Positions 13,062 through 25,971 of a DNA stretch of 64,000 bases are shown here, piece after piece. Position numbers and translations under genes: made by a program. The DNA lies in assembly GCA_965644295.1 (NCBI GenBank), contig CBFFRP010000123.1, positions 459,033 through 523,032 of the forward strand, in the 5' to 3' direction. A model generated the notes under the pieces. The model was not told the origin of the DNA. It searched no databases and saw only the letters and a program-made list of their open reading frames with translations. How positions within the stretch are numbered: the stretch's first letter is position 1; every line of letters begins with the position of its first letter. The DNA comes from Paraphysomonas bandaiensis (taxonomy: Eukaryota > Protista > Chrysophyceae).

Positions 13062-14756
13062 ATGTTAAGGTGGGGTCTGTTCATGTGTTTATGGTTAGGT
13101 GCTGCACTGGGCGCCATGCAGCCCCGAGAAAAATGGCCCCAGAGTACGTCACGCTGTGACTTATTACTATGTAGTCACACTTATCTGTTTTAAGTTATAT
13201 CACATCGCGGGGCCTGCGGTTATGTTCCCGAACACTCTCTCCATGCGTACAAGTTGGCCATGGATCTGGGAACTGATTACATTGAACCCGATTTGTGTTT
13301 GTCTAAAGATGGTTATGTTTTCGTATCATAAAGATGCTCTTATTTTACGACATACTTCTCGTGTGATGTTAGGCGTATTTGTTGTGATGCATGATATAAC
13401 GCTTGATGAAACGACTGACATCATGGACCACACAGAGTTTGCCGATAGATCTAATGAAGGTGTGAGTATAGGTAGTGTATATACTGAATTCACCGATTTT
13501 ATATAGGGCACTTTTATGTTGCCGATTTTACTGTCGATGAGCTGAAAGTATTGCGTTTGAAACAGGTAGACTAGTTATTACACCAATTGCTACACATAGT
13601 AACGATGTCGCAGCGACTTTCATCTCGTACGACTCTCTACGATGGCTTGTTTACTATTCCGACATTCTCGGAGGTGATAGATCTAGTATGGTCAAATTAC
13701 AATTCTACAGGATATACTATCGGTATATACCCTGAACTTAAGGTATGTATGCTGTTCAGGTCGACTGCTCTCCCGGTCGCCTCATTTGGTGATAACTACT
13801 TATACTGAATCATTTGTTTTAGCAACCTTCTTACCATAATGCCCTCGGCTTTGAAATGAGTATGGAGGAGATGCTCGTGGCACAACTTGATGAGGGTGGA
13901 TACGAGGTTCATGGAGTGTCCAACAACCTGACCATGGTATCACATGACCACACATGTTATTCAGTATACGTGAGATAGCAGCGGCCATAATAGTACATTG
14001 CAATGTGTGAAACCGATATTCCAGTATACTTGTACTGTAGCACAGCTGCGTAATATTGATGTGAAGCAGGTGCACCCTGTGGTGATACAATGCTTCGAGG
14101 AGGAAAGCCTTATATCTCTAAGCAGTCTTACCGACATTCCCCTCTTGCAGCTCGTCGGTAGCTCTGTGAAGTGGACGGAAGGTGGGCATGTTTTGCTTTA
14201 CTATTAAACTAACCACATTGTAATCAGATACCTTGGAGAGTATAGCCGAGTACGCGCACGGTGTGGGGCCAGATAAGGTATGTGGCATCATGATAATAAG
14301 TTCTCCTGGAGTAATTTTCAAGTTTCTTTCCTTCTTTTAGTCGATTTTTACGGATGTACCTCTGGAAGATGCTCGGGATATGACCATGCTCGCCCATGAG
14401 CTTGAACTTGCTATTCATCCATATACTTTTCGGTATCACTGATTTTTTTGGTTGTTGCGTGCACATTAATGTTTTGCTGTCCAGGCAAGAATCTAGCAGT
14501 GTTGCATCTCAGTTCAATGGTGATGCACAGGCTGAGGTAAGCCAGCATGATATGACTACAACGAAGTTATGATTATATTAGGCCGCGTATTTTTACTGCT
14601 GCTTGGGTGTGGATGCCACCTTCGCTGAATTTACTGACCATATGAGAGAGGTATCTACCTGTGATATTGCTTTTATCTTCTGTTTAACAATATATACAGA
14701 CTCTTGATGAACTCTTAATGGACCCAACATCTGTATGTGCGATGGCTAGCTGCTGA
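13062..14756 (+). CDS. Glycerophosphodiester phosphodiesterase (GDPD/GlpQ-like) with signal peptide, many short introns
   Basis: Spliced reading gives [73 protein letters not shown]; hydrophobic N-terminus. Confidence 0.85.
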
Positions 14757-15723
14757 TGCATGCCAACTACCTTTGCATGCTTGTTTTTGCTACCATATAT
14801 GATGGACATATATGCATTACTATACTTTGTTGAAGTTACACTGTTATTGTAGCTTTTTTCATCAGCGATATCCAAGTACTCTGTTACCTTTGATATGTGC
14901 AGATATGTGAATTTAATATAATCCAAATATGTCTCATTGACGCATAGTTAGGAGTGGCAAGCATTGTATGTTTTTTGTTCTTAGCATACGTCCTATATCC
15001 ACTATCAACGGGATATATCGTACGTCAGGAAAGATGTACATATTATCCCTATTTGATTAAATATAATTATAGCTTCATCGTGAATACAGCGGCAGTACAG
15101 TATTGCTTTCTAATAAATGATGCTGCATGTAAAAACAAGGTTCAAAATTCCTGATAAACTTTTGGCATATTGCTGAAACCTTAATAACACCAGCAGGAGT
15201 ATCCTGTAGCTTGTAGAGCCTAACAGAATTCAAATTTCTCAATGCTGCAATACGTACTGCAGTGTACTACTAACAATAGGTTCATAAACTTATATAACTT
15301 AGCTTTCAGTTGACAAGATTTAGCCGTTTTCTAGAAATATATACAATATACACGTATCAGTATTCAAAAATAAACGCGTTAAGGTCAGCTTCGGTGTGAC
15401 AACTATATTCTTTAAAACTGAGTAGCATACTTTCAAGTCTTAAGTGATCGAAATTATTCACGATACACTTTCTCCATGACAATTGTAATTGTTCGTCAAA
15501 GTATAGTTGAGCACACTTCAAAAATATGGCTAGCACTCAACACATTAATTTATGTCAAAGTATCATAAACGTGTTCGTCTAACTATAAATAAAGCAACAC
15601 AATTCACGAGAACAAGTCTTGCTTTAAATTCACTTGGAGCATCCTTTAAGTTGTAAATGCGTGTATATACGCAATTTAATAGTATGTAACACATTTTACA
15701 TGCACAGTAATTGTTGATTCATA

Positions 15724-17130
15724 TCAATTAGACTTCTTAGTTGTGTCTGCTCTACTGCTGAAGGCCGGTCGACGAGTGCGCGCATCTGGGGAGGCGACAG
15801 AGCTATCATCGTCACTACTATGGGATGATGCTACGATTCCCCGATCGCGAGGCCTATCCATATGGGGATCACTGGCGCTCTTATGCACTTTTTTCCGTCT
15901 ACTAACTTCTGCAATGCCTCGGAGTCGTTCAATATCCTGAGGTGAAAGATCAATACGGCTCCCTGTCCAAGATACTCGACTGAATCGACTCTTCCTCTTG
16001 TTCGGTTTGAAATTGCCTCCGGAAGTGTCAGAGTAAGAATTTTGAACATACATTACCGACCCTACCGTCTGAATGAGTACACCTATCCACACGTACAAGT
16101 TGGGATACGGAGGGGCGTTGAAATGCAGCATTGATACCAGAAGTACTAGTGTCTTGTTCACAGCGTTCACCAATTGGCTGGCTAGGGGGCTGAGGTTTAT
16201 CGAAAGCTCCATAGTTAAATACCGATTAATTTGGGCGGTTACAGTAGTCCCGACTAAAAGCAAGAGTACGATCGGGATGCGGAGACCAAATATATCGAAT
16301 GTCTGTTCTGCATGTATGAGGCGGTCAAGACATGGAGCGAGTCTGTTCCATTGTACAGCGAAGAGAGGAAGAGAAAGGAAGTGCTGGAAGAATATCTGCT
16401 CCTGTACATCAGCACCATATTTTTGGACGACCATACTACCAGTTGGAATCATTATAGCAATCGATAAGATGGCAGCAGTTATAAATACTACTCCGTATAC
16501 CAGGTCAGCGGCGGTTTTACTACTGGATCCAGACTGCTGTGATGATAGCGTAATGAGTATACAACCAAGAGTGATGATAATGACGCCCATATATTGCCCA
16601 AAGCTAAACAGTTTACTAAAAAGTGTTTTGCCAACTACCAGCCCCAACACAAGTTGCAAGTTGCTACATACAATTAGTATCGGCATCGGCAAATACTGCA
16701 CTGCAAATGATTTCAAGAAAAGGAATGAAAAAGACAGCATCACGATTACAAAATGCCAATATAACGGTATTTTAGGAGAAAATATATAACTTGTGCCGTT
16801 AGGAATTGATACCACAACAATCCAAACATGCAAAAATAGAGCTGATAGCAATGCAGCGCCAGAATCAATCCTGAGGAGCATTTCAAACAACACACTGCTG
16901 ACAGTTCCACTGACCACAACCAATATAATTTTCCCTATTACAGTAGGATTCCAGTAGCTTTGTGAGACATCATCATTACTATCAACAGGAATGGGTTCCA
17001 GTGCCTCTGATTTGGGGACCATATCATCCGTTGAATCATCATAAACATCAGAGTGGAAATCTGACTCTCCGATGAAGTAGAACTCACCTATGTCACGAGG
17101 CAATGAAGCCGAACGTCTCCTTTGCAACAT
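15724..17130 (-). CDS. Nucleotide-sugar transporter (SLC35B4/YEA4-like, UAA/DMT family)
   Basis: About 10 TM segments; PKIPL..., LPMPILIV...LVLGLVV...FSFGQY, EQIFFQHFLSLPLF, KTLVLLVSMLHFN; intronless. Confidence 0.75.
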   Translation of the reverse strand: MLQRRRSASLPRDIGEFYFIGESDFHSDVYDDSTDDMVPKSEALEPIPVDSNDDVSQSYWNPTVIGKIILVVVSGTVSSVLFEMLLRIDSGAALLSALFLHVWIVVVSIPNGTSYIFSPKIPLYWHFVIVMLSFSFLFLKSFAVQYLPMPILIVCSNLQLVLGLVVGKTLFSKLFSFGQYMGVIIITLGCILITLSSQQSGSSSKTAADLVYGVVFITAAILSIAIMIPTGSMVVQKYGADVQEQIFFQHFLSLPLFAVQWNRLAPCLDRLIHAEQTFDIFGLRIPIVLLLLVGTTVTAQINRYLTMELSINLSPLASQLVNAVNKTLVLLVSMLHFNAPPYPNLYVWIGVLIQTVGSVMYVQNSYSDTSGGNFKPNKRKSRFSRVSWTGSRIDLSPQDIERLRGIAEVSRRKKVHKSASDPHMDRPRDRGIVASSHSSDDDSSVASPDARTRRPAFSSRADTTKKSN

Positions 17131-17349
17131 CAATCCAATAGAAACAATATCTACGGTCGGGTTGTGGCTTGCAAGGAGGTGAAGGTGTAGTGATGGTGAT
17201 GTGAAGGGGCACTTGTCTGTGGTATGGTCCCTTCAAAGCCCATATGACTATATGTATACGCAGCCTCTGCAGCAGTATACGGTATAGTATACCATGCTGT
17301 AGTGCACACGTTCTACACATTGTGCCACATGGTATAATCCATATGCTAA

Positions 17350-17427
17350 GGCCACTAATTATGGTGAAGACAAAAGACAAAATGTCTTTTGTCTTTTTGT
17401 TTTCTGTCTTCACCATAATTAGTGGCC
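17350..17427. mobile_element. 78-bp PIF/Harbinger-type (Tourist-like) MITE
   Basis: Perfect 23-bp TIR GGCCACTAATTATGGTGAAGACA, TAA on both sides (17347-49, 17428-30), inner 10-bp stem. Confidence 0.75.
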
Positions 17428-17751
17428 TAATACAGAATACATTTCGAGTACAGTGTACCGTGTACTCGAAAAATATCACATCCTATACGTAGTATTACTA
17501 TCATACCGTCGATAATACCGTCCCACTATACAGTAGCACCAGAAATAAAAAGACAGGAAAGTTAAAGAAAAGTCTGCATGTCTGTGAAGAGGACTGAAGA
17601 GGAAGTGGCCCGTATGATATGATCCATCCCCATCCCCATCCCGCATATCTCTGTCTATGTCATAATTACCACTCTGAGTAATATATTCCACCTGCTACCT
17701 CTAACTCTCTTATTTATCTCATTGATATAGTCAGAGAAGTCAAGCATAGTG

Positions 17752-20700
17752 ATGAGCGTATCTGATGATATTCCCGAGTGGAAGAAGAGGCCACTGACCT
17801 CTATATATGACTGGGAAGTCTCTCAACAGACAGACGCTAATGGTGTTACCACATGTTCAGTATCATCTAAGACTGAACCTGACTCGGAAGTGTTCTCCTG
17901 CAAAGTGTCCTCTCAAACGAAATCAGAGTATTATAAGTCTGTAAAGTTTCGTGACTCGGATGTATTCATAGTCACATATGCTGAGGTGAGTTCTCACTAA
18001 TGAGAAATTATTGTTACTTATGTACTCTTCAATGCCAGTGTGGGGATTCTTGGATAGAACGTTGTATATTATTGTTGATGCAGAAAGAAGATATAAAGGA
18101 TTCCTTGACAGGATATATGGATACCAACACCGCCGATTCTAATAGAACGTGTAATAAATTGTATGAAGAAAACATTTCTGAAAACACGAACCCGAGTGCC
18201 CATATATACAATGAATCTGGAGAAGTCGTCTTAAAAGGTGTATCGTCTCCACGGATATTTAGGGCCCCCGCTGGCGTTTCACTCCTTCCAGGAACTGATG
18301 GACAAGAAGTGTCTCCAATACCGGATGGAGTAAAAGTTATATTTGTTACTCGGAATCCATTAGATGCCTGTGTCTTAAGCTACAATGCGTGTAGTTCAGT
18401 CAATGGTAGGTGGCCATTCACAGCGTGGGCAAGTGCATGGACGCAAGGAGCTGTCCCCCAAGGGTCTTGGTGGGATTTTACCCGTCTGTGGCAGGAAGAA
18501 GCGCTTGCAAATCCATCCAAGGTAGCCTTTTTGTGTATGAGAGTATTTTTTAATACAGCTCTGTTCTTCTTAGGTATTGTGTATGTACTACGAAGATGTG
18601 AATGGGCACTCCCACTCTGCTGTGAAACGTATTGCCTCTTTCCTGGATATAAAGTCGGACGATACGTTTTTGGAAAAGATAATGGATTCATCGATTGAGA
18701 TCTGCAAACCTCCTACTGAAAATTGGGTGCAGCACTTTGATTCAAATCTCAAAGATGAGTTCGAAAATTTATTCCATTCTACATTTGATGGAAAATGCCC
18801 TGAGCTCAGATATATAATACATGATGATGAGACATGGGTTGCCTCCAGAACTTACACAAATAAAGAGCACTCTGATAAATCAGTTTCTTACACACAGAGC
18901 TTTGAGTGTTTAAAATGTAAATGTGCCGGGACACTGCATCTGCCACGTCATAATACCGATGGTAATATTGTCGAACAATTTGACATCAATATAGAGTGCA
19001 ATTGCTCCTGCTGCCAGCCCGATGAGTGCGTATATTCTAACATCAAACGGTGTATTAGTTGTAGCAAGGAATTCAGGTTATTTCACGATTTGAGAACAAA
19101 TAAATATAGGTTTGCATGCCCCAGTAAATGCGTGTATAGTTCTCTCTCTCCCCTGACCCATCGATTTATCTCTGCCCGTCTACGTTCTGTAAACACTTGC
19201 ATTCCACCCTGGAATAGAACTCTTCTTCATTCTGCTGTGCAGGCATTAGATGCTAAGTTAGTCTGGGATCTTCTTCAAAAAGGAGCTGACCCCTTTTTGA
19301 CTGACTGTGATGGCATTTCGCCTGTCGATACTGCACATGCAATGCTAAAATATTTCCCTCCCACTGCCGAAAAGGATTCACTGTTTCATCGGATAATGTT
19401 GATAAACGATATTCTTCCATCGCCTAGAGTGCCTCCTAATCTTTCTCATCGTGTTACTCTCTCCGAAAGCGCATATAGAAGAAATTGTATAGTTGTGCCA
19501 TCGTCGTTGCATCTACCTTGTGTTTCTGATAGACCCCTCCCAATCCCTGTTTCTCGACGAGTATCATCAGCCCCAGTTGAAGCATACTCTGTGTCGCCAT
19601 TTTACTTGTCGGTCCGACCTTCAATTAGAGCAATAGACACTTCATCTGTGGGTGAGGCACTGAGAAGTGGTAGGCAACCTTTCACTCCACTTACACTTGC
19701 TCGACTCGCCCATGGTAGTGCGCTCCTGTCTGACCCAATCGATAATATTCAGGACGACCATGCGCGCTTTTATATAGACATTTTCACAGATAAAAGTAAG
19801 AACGACGATTTGGACTGGAAGCTTTCAGAGCTAATGGCGTCTGTAGTAGATGACCCGGAGGTAATTGATGTGGAAAAGCAGTATAGTGGTGCATACTCTG
19901 ATACTATAGTGGAACTTAATTGCTCAGCATGTATGGATACTCTTTCTGTGGATACCACTGCGTATACATGCAGTAAAATGGGATGTGAAGGAGCGCTATG
20001 TACAGATTGCTTACGCACATGCGTAAATGTGACTATTAGAAATGCATTGTATGCTGTTCCAGTGATTCGCTGTCCCGGTCGGTGCCGAGGCCGAATTCCT
20101 ACGAAAGTATGGCGCGGTGCTTTAAGAGCAATACCCTTTAAAGAAGGCGGCGACATATCGGAAGGGAACGCTGAGAGTTATTTGGTAAATATCTATAGCA
20201 ACAATGCTAATGCACTGTTAACTATGAGATGTGGTGGGTGTGACCAGTCCACTAGTTTATTTATCTCAGAAATGAACTGCCACAGGATAAGCTATGACAT
20301 TGAATCCCGCGAACAGAAATTTAAGGAAATCATTGGCAATTGGACAAAAGACTTGCAAGTAGAGTTTTTACAACTGTGGTTGAAGTATCAAAATGGAATG
20401 GTCCCTGCAGACTTATTTATAAGAACAATGTATGATTTACTGATCCAAGATGTTGATACTGCTGAAAAGAATACACTTAATTTACAAACGAAGCAAGGGA
20501 TATTATCTGGGGTTGACGACATGTTTGAGCCTATCCTCGAATTAATGACAGATATGGAGCGAAGATTCTGTGCCCAGCTTGCATTGTTACGGCAATACCC
20601 AAAGATTCTAATGCCTTGTTGCCTGCACGAGCACTGCTTTATGTGCAAAGTAGAAGGATTTCATGAAGGAATGACTTGTGAGGAAACACAAGAAGAGCAG

Positions 20701-20820
20701 ATAGGAACAGATGTTCAGTACTGCCCGTTCTGTGGAGTTCCCACACTTCGTACGGATGGTTGTGATGATATGTTATGTGTGTGTGGAGAAAGCTGGAGGT
20801 GGTGTGGCGAAGAATATTGA
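17752..20820 (+). CDS. Multidomain protein: degenerate sulfotransferase + Cys-rich segment + ankyrin + RBR-type (RING-IBR-RING) E3 ligase, ~987 aa, introns 17986-18038 and 18522-18573
   Basis: Spliced: DSDVFIVTYAE|CGDSW, KVIFVTRNPLDAC, GSWWDFTRLW, NPSK|VLCMYYEDV (SULT fold); TLLHSAV...KGADPFLTDCDGISP (ANK); CSAC...CTDC...CPGRC (RING1); HCFMC...FHEGMTC (IBR end); CPFCG...GCDDMLCVCG (RING2). Confidence 0.75.
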
Positions 20821-21571
20821 AATATTATAGCAATGCAGGCGATAAGCTATCGTTACTGTTATAAATCGCAGACCTATTACGTCACTATAAGTTCTGCCAT
20901 GTAGTTAGTTATAGACAGTCCTTGCATAGAATCCACGCAGAAAATCTTGTAAAAGTGGTGTAATTTTTCAGAAGTAAATAAATAGACTGAATCGTCGCAG
21001 TTTAGTAATATTGTATTCATTGTTTTAATCCCAGGTATATCACTATGCAGTGTGCATTGTAATATTCACTCACATGAGATATCCAATGGCGACTGCCTTA
21101 TAATTTTCTATTTCTACATTGTAGGGTCAGTAGTGGTGCAAAATCACAGTCCCAGTGTAAGTCATCGCAAAAAAAGACCAAAATGTGCTTCCTCCCCGTA
21201 AGTTCATGTTTATGTTAATTTTAATTCGAACCTGGTGTCGTTATGACAAGGACGTCTCGTTGTAGTACTACCTGTCCAGTGGAAACTTAAAATTTAAACT
21301 GAAGTCGAATAGAGTAGGGACAAGTAAGCTACCAGCCAATCGCTATTTTTCTTCTAATAGCTACCGAATATACCAATTCTAATAATCTATTACCGCAAAG
21401 TATACAAAGCAAAAAAGTTCATGACTTCATGACACCAGGGCTAGATATTGACGCTGCATTATTACATATATAAACAATAACAGCAGTAGTACTTCACACA
21501 GCATTGTATGTCACATATATTACCACAAATATTGTTTACAGGACGTTATGCGTTAAATACAAAAAACTGCA

Positions 21572-24500
21572 CTACTTTTTCTCAACGCTTTCACCATCAT
21601 CCGTCGTTTCACGAACTTCAGATAATTTAACTTCTCGAAGTGCTTTCGCCTGAGCCCTAAGCTGCGCATCCCGTTTCCTTCTCGCCTCTGCATCACGAGC
21701 GTTATCAAGCTTTTGTTGTCTGCGCAGGGCTTTCTCCTCAGCAGAAACAGGTTCGTCGGCACCCCTACGCAAACTCTTTTCCAAAAGATCGAATGTTTTG
21801 AATTTCGAACATTTCTTGTCTATTTTTTCGTTCTGCTCCTCGCTCACACTGATATTATTCACATTCGGAGATACAATAGATGAATGTCGATCACGTATCA
21901 TGAACTTATTTGACTTATCAGGTGTTAGGGGAGGGGTTCCTTTAGAAAGAAAAGAGTTGTCCTGAGAGTGCTGACGGGACTGCCCAGGCTCCTTAGGCGC
22001 ACTCGAGAGCACTGGCAGTTTGATTCCTTTTTCTATATACTTCTCTGCCATTTTCTGCATATTGTGCTCCTTTCTACGCAATTGCGCAACGCTAAGACTT
22101 TTCTTTTTGACTTTCAATCCCGGTTGCCGATGAATATTCTTCGACTCATCGATTGCATTCTTAGTGCTCTTGCTAGCTGACGAAGCATGTGAATCCTCTT
22201 CTTCCAAGTGCACTGGGGATTCTTCGGCAACAGGATCGTCTGGGTATGTCTCACCCGAAAAATCTAATCCAAGAATACGGCTACTCATTTCAATTCTCTT
22301 CCTCAATGATGATCTACTAAATTTGGCTTCGTCCGTCGAATTCAATATATTACCGACGTCTTGGGATGCATTTTCCTGCTTCGCCAATTCTACGATTTCA
22401 GCCAGTATCGCATCCAACTCCCTCTCCTCACGTTCTCGAATCGCAGCAATATCAATTGACAGGTCCCAGTTCGGAGACCTTACCCCCATTGGAGCACTAT
22501 GAAGGAGAACACCAACCAATAACCCATCAAATGTCCACATTTTGACCAGAAGGTCTGTGGATGAGGTGAGTATACCCTTCGGAGTTGCAGAGCAGTAAAT
22601 AATACTTTCCTGATGGCCCTGCACGGCCCAACAAAATTTAACCCCCATGAATGCAATTTGACCTTTCTTTCCAAGCATGAAAGGAATTGAATTTCCCGTA
22701 ATTGGCATCATGGCACAACTATGAGTACGATTAACCTTACGCGATGCCAATTTCGTTCTAACTGATTTCGCCCCATGAACCATCGACATACCTCCCAGCT
22801 CCTCTATCACATGATTCAAATTCCACTTCCGCAGATATCCAAGATCGTCTCCAGTGTAGAACATTCGTGTATCAGCATCCCAAGATATCGCTGTTGCTGC
22901 AGATACTGCTCCCCACTTCTTCTCGCTTTCTCGAGCTTCCTGGTCAATCTTGTCTTGCATACTCTCCAGTGAATGGTCCACATCAATAGTAGAATGTTCA
23001 AGCCCCACAGAGTCGTTATCACTTGTACGGGAGGCGTCGTCTCCACCGCTTGAGTAAGGAAAAACCCTTTGTGGAGGATCACCATTGGCATCTGGTTTAC
23101 CCAAAGGTTCCATCTCAGCATCAACAGGGTTAAGGTTAAGAAATCCTGTAATCTTATCACCTTTCCACTTACAACCCCGGCAACCCCAAATGATGACATT
23201 TCCACGGCTATCAGAAGTGGCGATTAGAGGGTATGGGTCTAGAACCACCATTGCCACAATAGTCTCCCTTTCGTCACACACCTCTAGTTCCATATCGAGC
23301 TTCCCAGTGTCAAAGTCCCATATCTTCAGGGGCTGACCGAACGCCCCTGTGGTGATAACTGATCTATCAGTATTGCATGTACCCATAAATACGAGTTCGG
23401 GATGCATGTTGTATATGTCAAAAGTACGTAGTGTGTGACAGTCGTCGAGTTTAGTCTCATCATATAATCGAAGCACTCCGTTTACATAGCCTGCGAGGAA
23501 TCTCCTACTGTCGTTCAGATAGCACAAGCTAATAACCACGGAATGAACATCATTTGGGCAGGACTTCATATAAGTGCCGTTGAGAGGGTTGTATACACTA
23601 ATATTTCCCTGTACATCGCCGATAATAATCTTCCTCTTGCGATTATCCAAGCAGCAGGCGCTAATCTCCTCCCCACATATGTTATTATGTCTAAAATTAC
23701 ATGTATACCGTTACAAACACATGCGCAGTGCACAATATATACTTACACGAGCATTTTGCTGCCGAGTAGAAGATCCCATATTATAAGGTTATGATTAGAT
23801 GCAGTTATAACGGTCAAACTATCGCTGTTCAACGACAGCCATATCACATTCGTAAAATCTGTAGTTTTCTCGTGGACAACCTTCTTTTGGTCAAAAGAGT
23901 GGATACGCCTGGAACCCGCGTATATCCGTGCTTCCCCACCCTCGTTGTTCATCAAAGCAGAAGATGGAATATGCTGGTGAAAGAAGCAAGAAAGATGTTC
24001 CGCAGGTTCATTATCTGAAGAGGAGTTGTTGAAAAATGTTTGAACGCACTGAAATGTCCGCACATCCCATAGCTTGAAAACACCGTCTTCATCCGCCGTT
24101 ATTACTTCAGGAGAGTTCTCAATACTTTGGCAACCCACCAGAGACGCGTGATGACCTTTCAGCTTATAGACGAGAGAATTTACGAACGGTGACCACACGA
24201 ATGTATCGTGATCAAACCCACAACTGAACAGCAGTCTGTAGTCTGTGTTGTAAGACATATCGAATACGCCCTTACGATGGCCTCGTAACTTGTGAATGAC
24301 GGTGTTTGTGTAGGTATCCCAAACCCCAATCGTAGTGTCCAAAGATGCGGACATAAGATTATCCAGTTGGTCTAATGCCAGAAGTTTCATACATATATCA
24401 GAGTGACCCGGCATTGTTGCAGCTAGACTCTTATCTGACATATTCCACGAGTATATATTGCCGTTTATTGAACCCGAATAGAGTAGCTCATTCGATGACA

Positions 24501-25284
24501 TCCACGCAAGTGACATCTGAGTTTCCGGAGCCATCCATGAGCTATTAACCTGAAAACGCTTGTTGGCAACCTGATAATATGATACAATTTGGAGATCAGA
24601 GCACGCTGCAACAACCTGAGACGAATCACGTACGAAGTCGATTGCCAATGGAACAGACTCAGTTTCAATAGTTGTTACATGGCGACCGTTGTATAAATGA
24701 TAGACATCTATTGCCTTTCTATGATCCTCGAGGACAGCAAAACTTCCAAGCGTGGGAAGAGGAAGCATGGCTGACACATTATTTCGTCGGAACTGGCGGA
24801 TGCCAAGGTCAAGGGTCCAAGTACTATCTTGGTATTCTGGAATTGTGGCCATGACAAACTGCTGGTTCAGTAAGCTCGCCTTTTCAACGGTAAACTTTGT
24901 AAATTCTTCCCACTCCATCAATCCATCACCATTCACATCAACTTCCTTGAACAATTCTTGCATATCCGACACAAAGTCGCGTTGTTCTTGCGAGTTTTGT
25001 GTAAGCCCCTCCCCGTCCAACTCAAGAAGATGTTTCGACATAATATATATGAACTCTGTTCGAGCAATAGAGTCCCCACGAGTATAAAATTCATTTCTGA
25101 TTGCTGACAGAGCAGCAGGGTCCATGCGCATCATGAGATTAAACGTTGCCTGCTCTCTCTCATTTCGCAGTTTGCTGTATTCAGTTCGAGGAGAATTTTT
25201 AAGTGCTTCAATGGCTTGTGCGGCAGCATCTACATCGGCGCTGTTAGTGCCGAGAAGACTTTGAAATTCTGATACTGTTGCCAT
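21572..25284 (-). CDS. EF-hand + WD40-repeat protein (WDR49/WDR64/EFCAB8-like), intron 23691-23746
   Basis: EF-hand LFKEVDVNGDGLMEWEEF; multiple GH...WD repeats. The intron joins the two ORFs as KMLVHNNICGEEISACCLDNRKRK. Confidence 0.85.
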
Positions 25285-25971
25285 TTTGTCCACTTGAGTT
25301 CAGTAACAACACGGTATCTATCTCATTAACGACATAAGAGACATATGCACTGCAGTACAAAACATAATAGTGAATTAAAGTTATTCTAATGGAGTTGAGA
25401 TACTAGTATATTCAAGGGTTTAATAGATGACAATGTGTTGGTTAGTTACGTCTCGTCTCGTCTCGACTCTGTTGCCATGACCATTGCAGAGTGCAGTGCA
25501 GTTGAGAGAGCAGTGGGGATGTATGTATGTGTATGTATATACGCACAGATCCATACAGAGATAGATATAATGAAACTGCCAAAGGATAGATGTAGTCTCC
25601 TGTATTCCATTGTATTATGAATACAGCAGGAGTACAGCATGTTTAGTCGTACTACAATCCTATCTGACATCAACTACGAGCATACTGCTGTACACAACAG
25701 CCCAGTACATAGTGCGTGCTGCTGTACACATACCATATACTCATATACCCCTGTATGACTGTATGCTTGTATGCCTGTATGCCATACACGATACAAGTGC
25801 CGCCTAAACATTGCCTGCAGTCCCAGTCAACTTATCTCGACATCACACGGGTGGCATCGACGCCTATTAAGACAATATATCACTCTTGTGCATTGTATTC
25901 AACATTACTTAGTGCTGCCGTGTTCATGAGCTGCACATAAGGCTGTTATTATACAGTAAGGCCCCTGTGAT

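Noticed and set aside
16073-16789. 238-aa antisense ORF (and similar antisense ORFs over the kinase, PARN and transposase)
   Set aside because: Shadow frames of real genes on the opposite strand.
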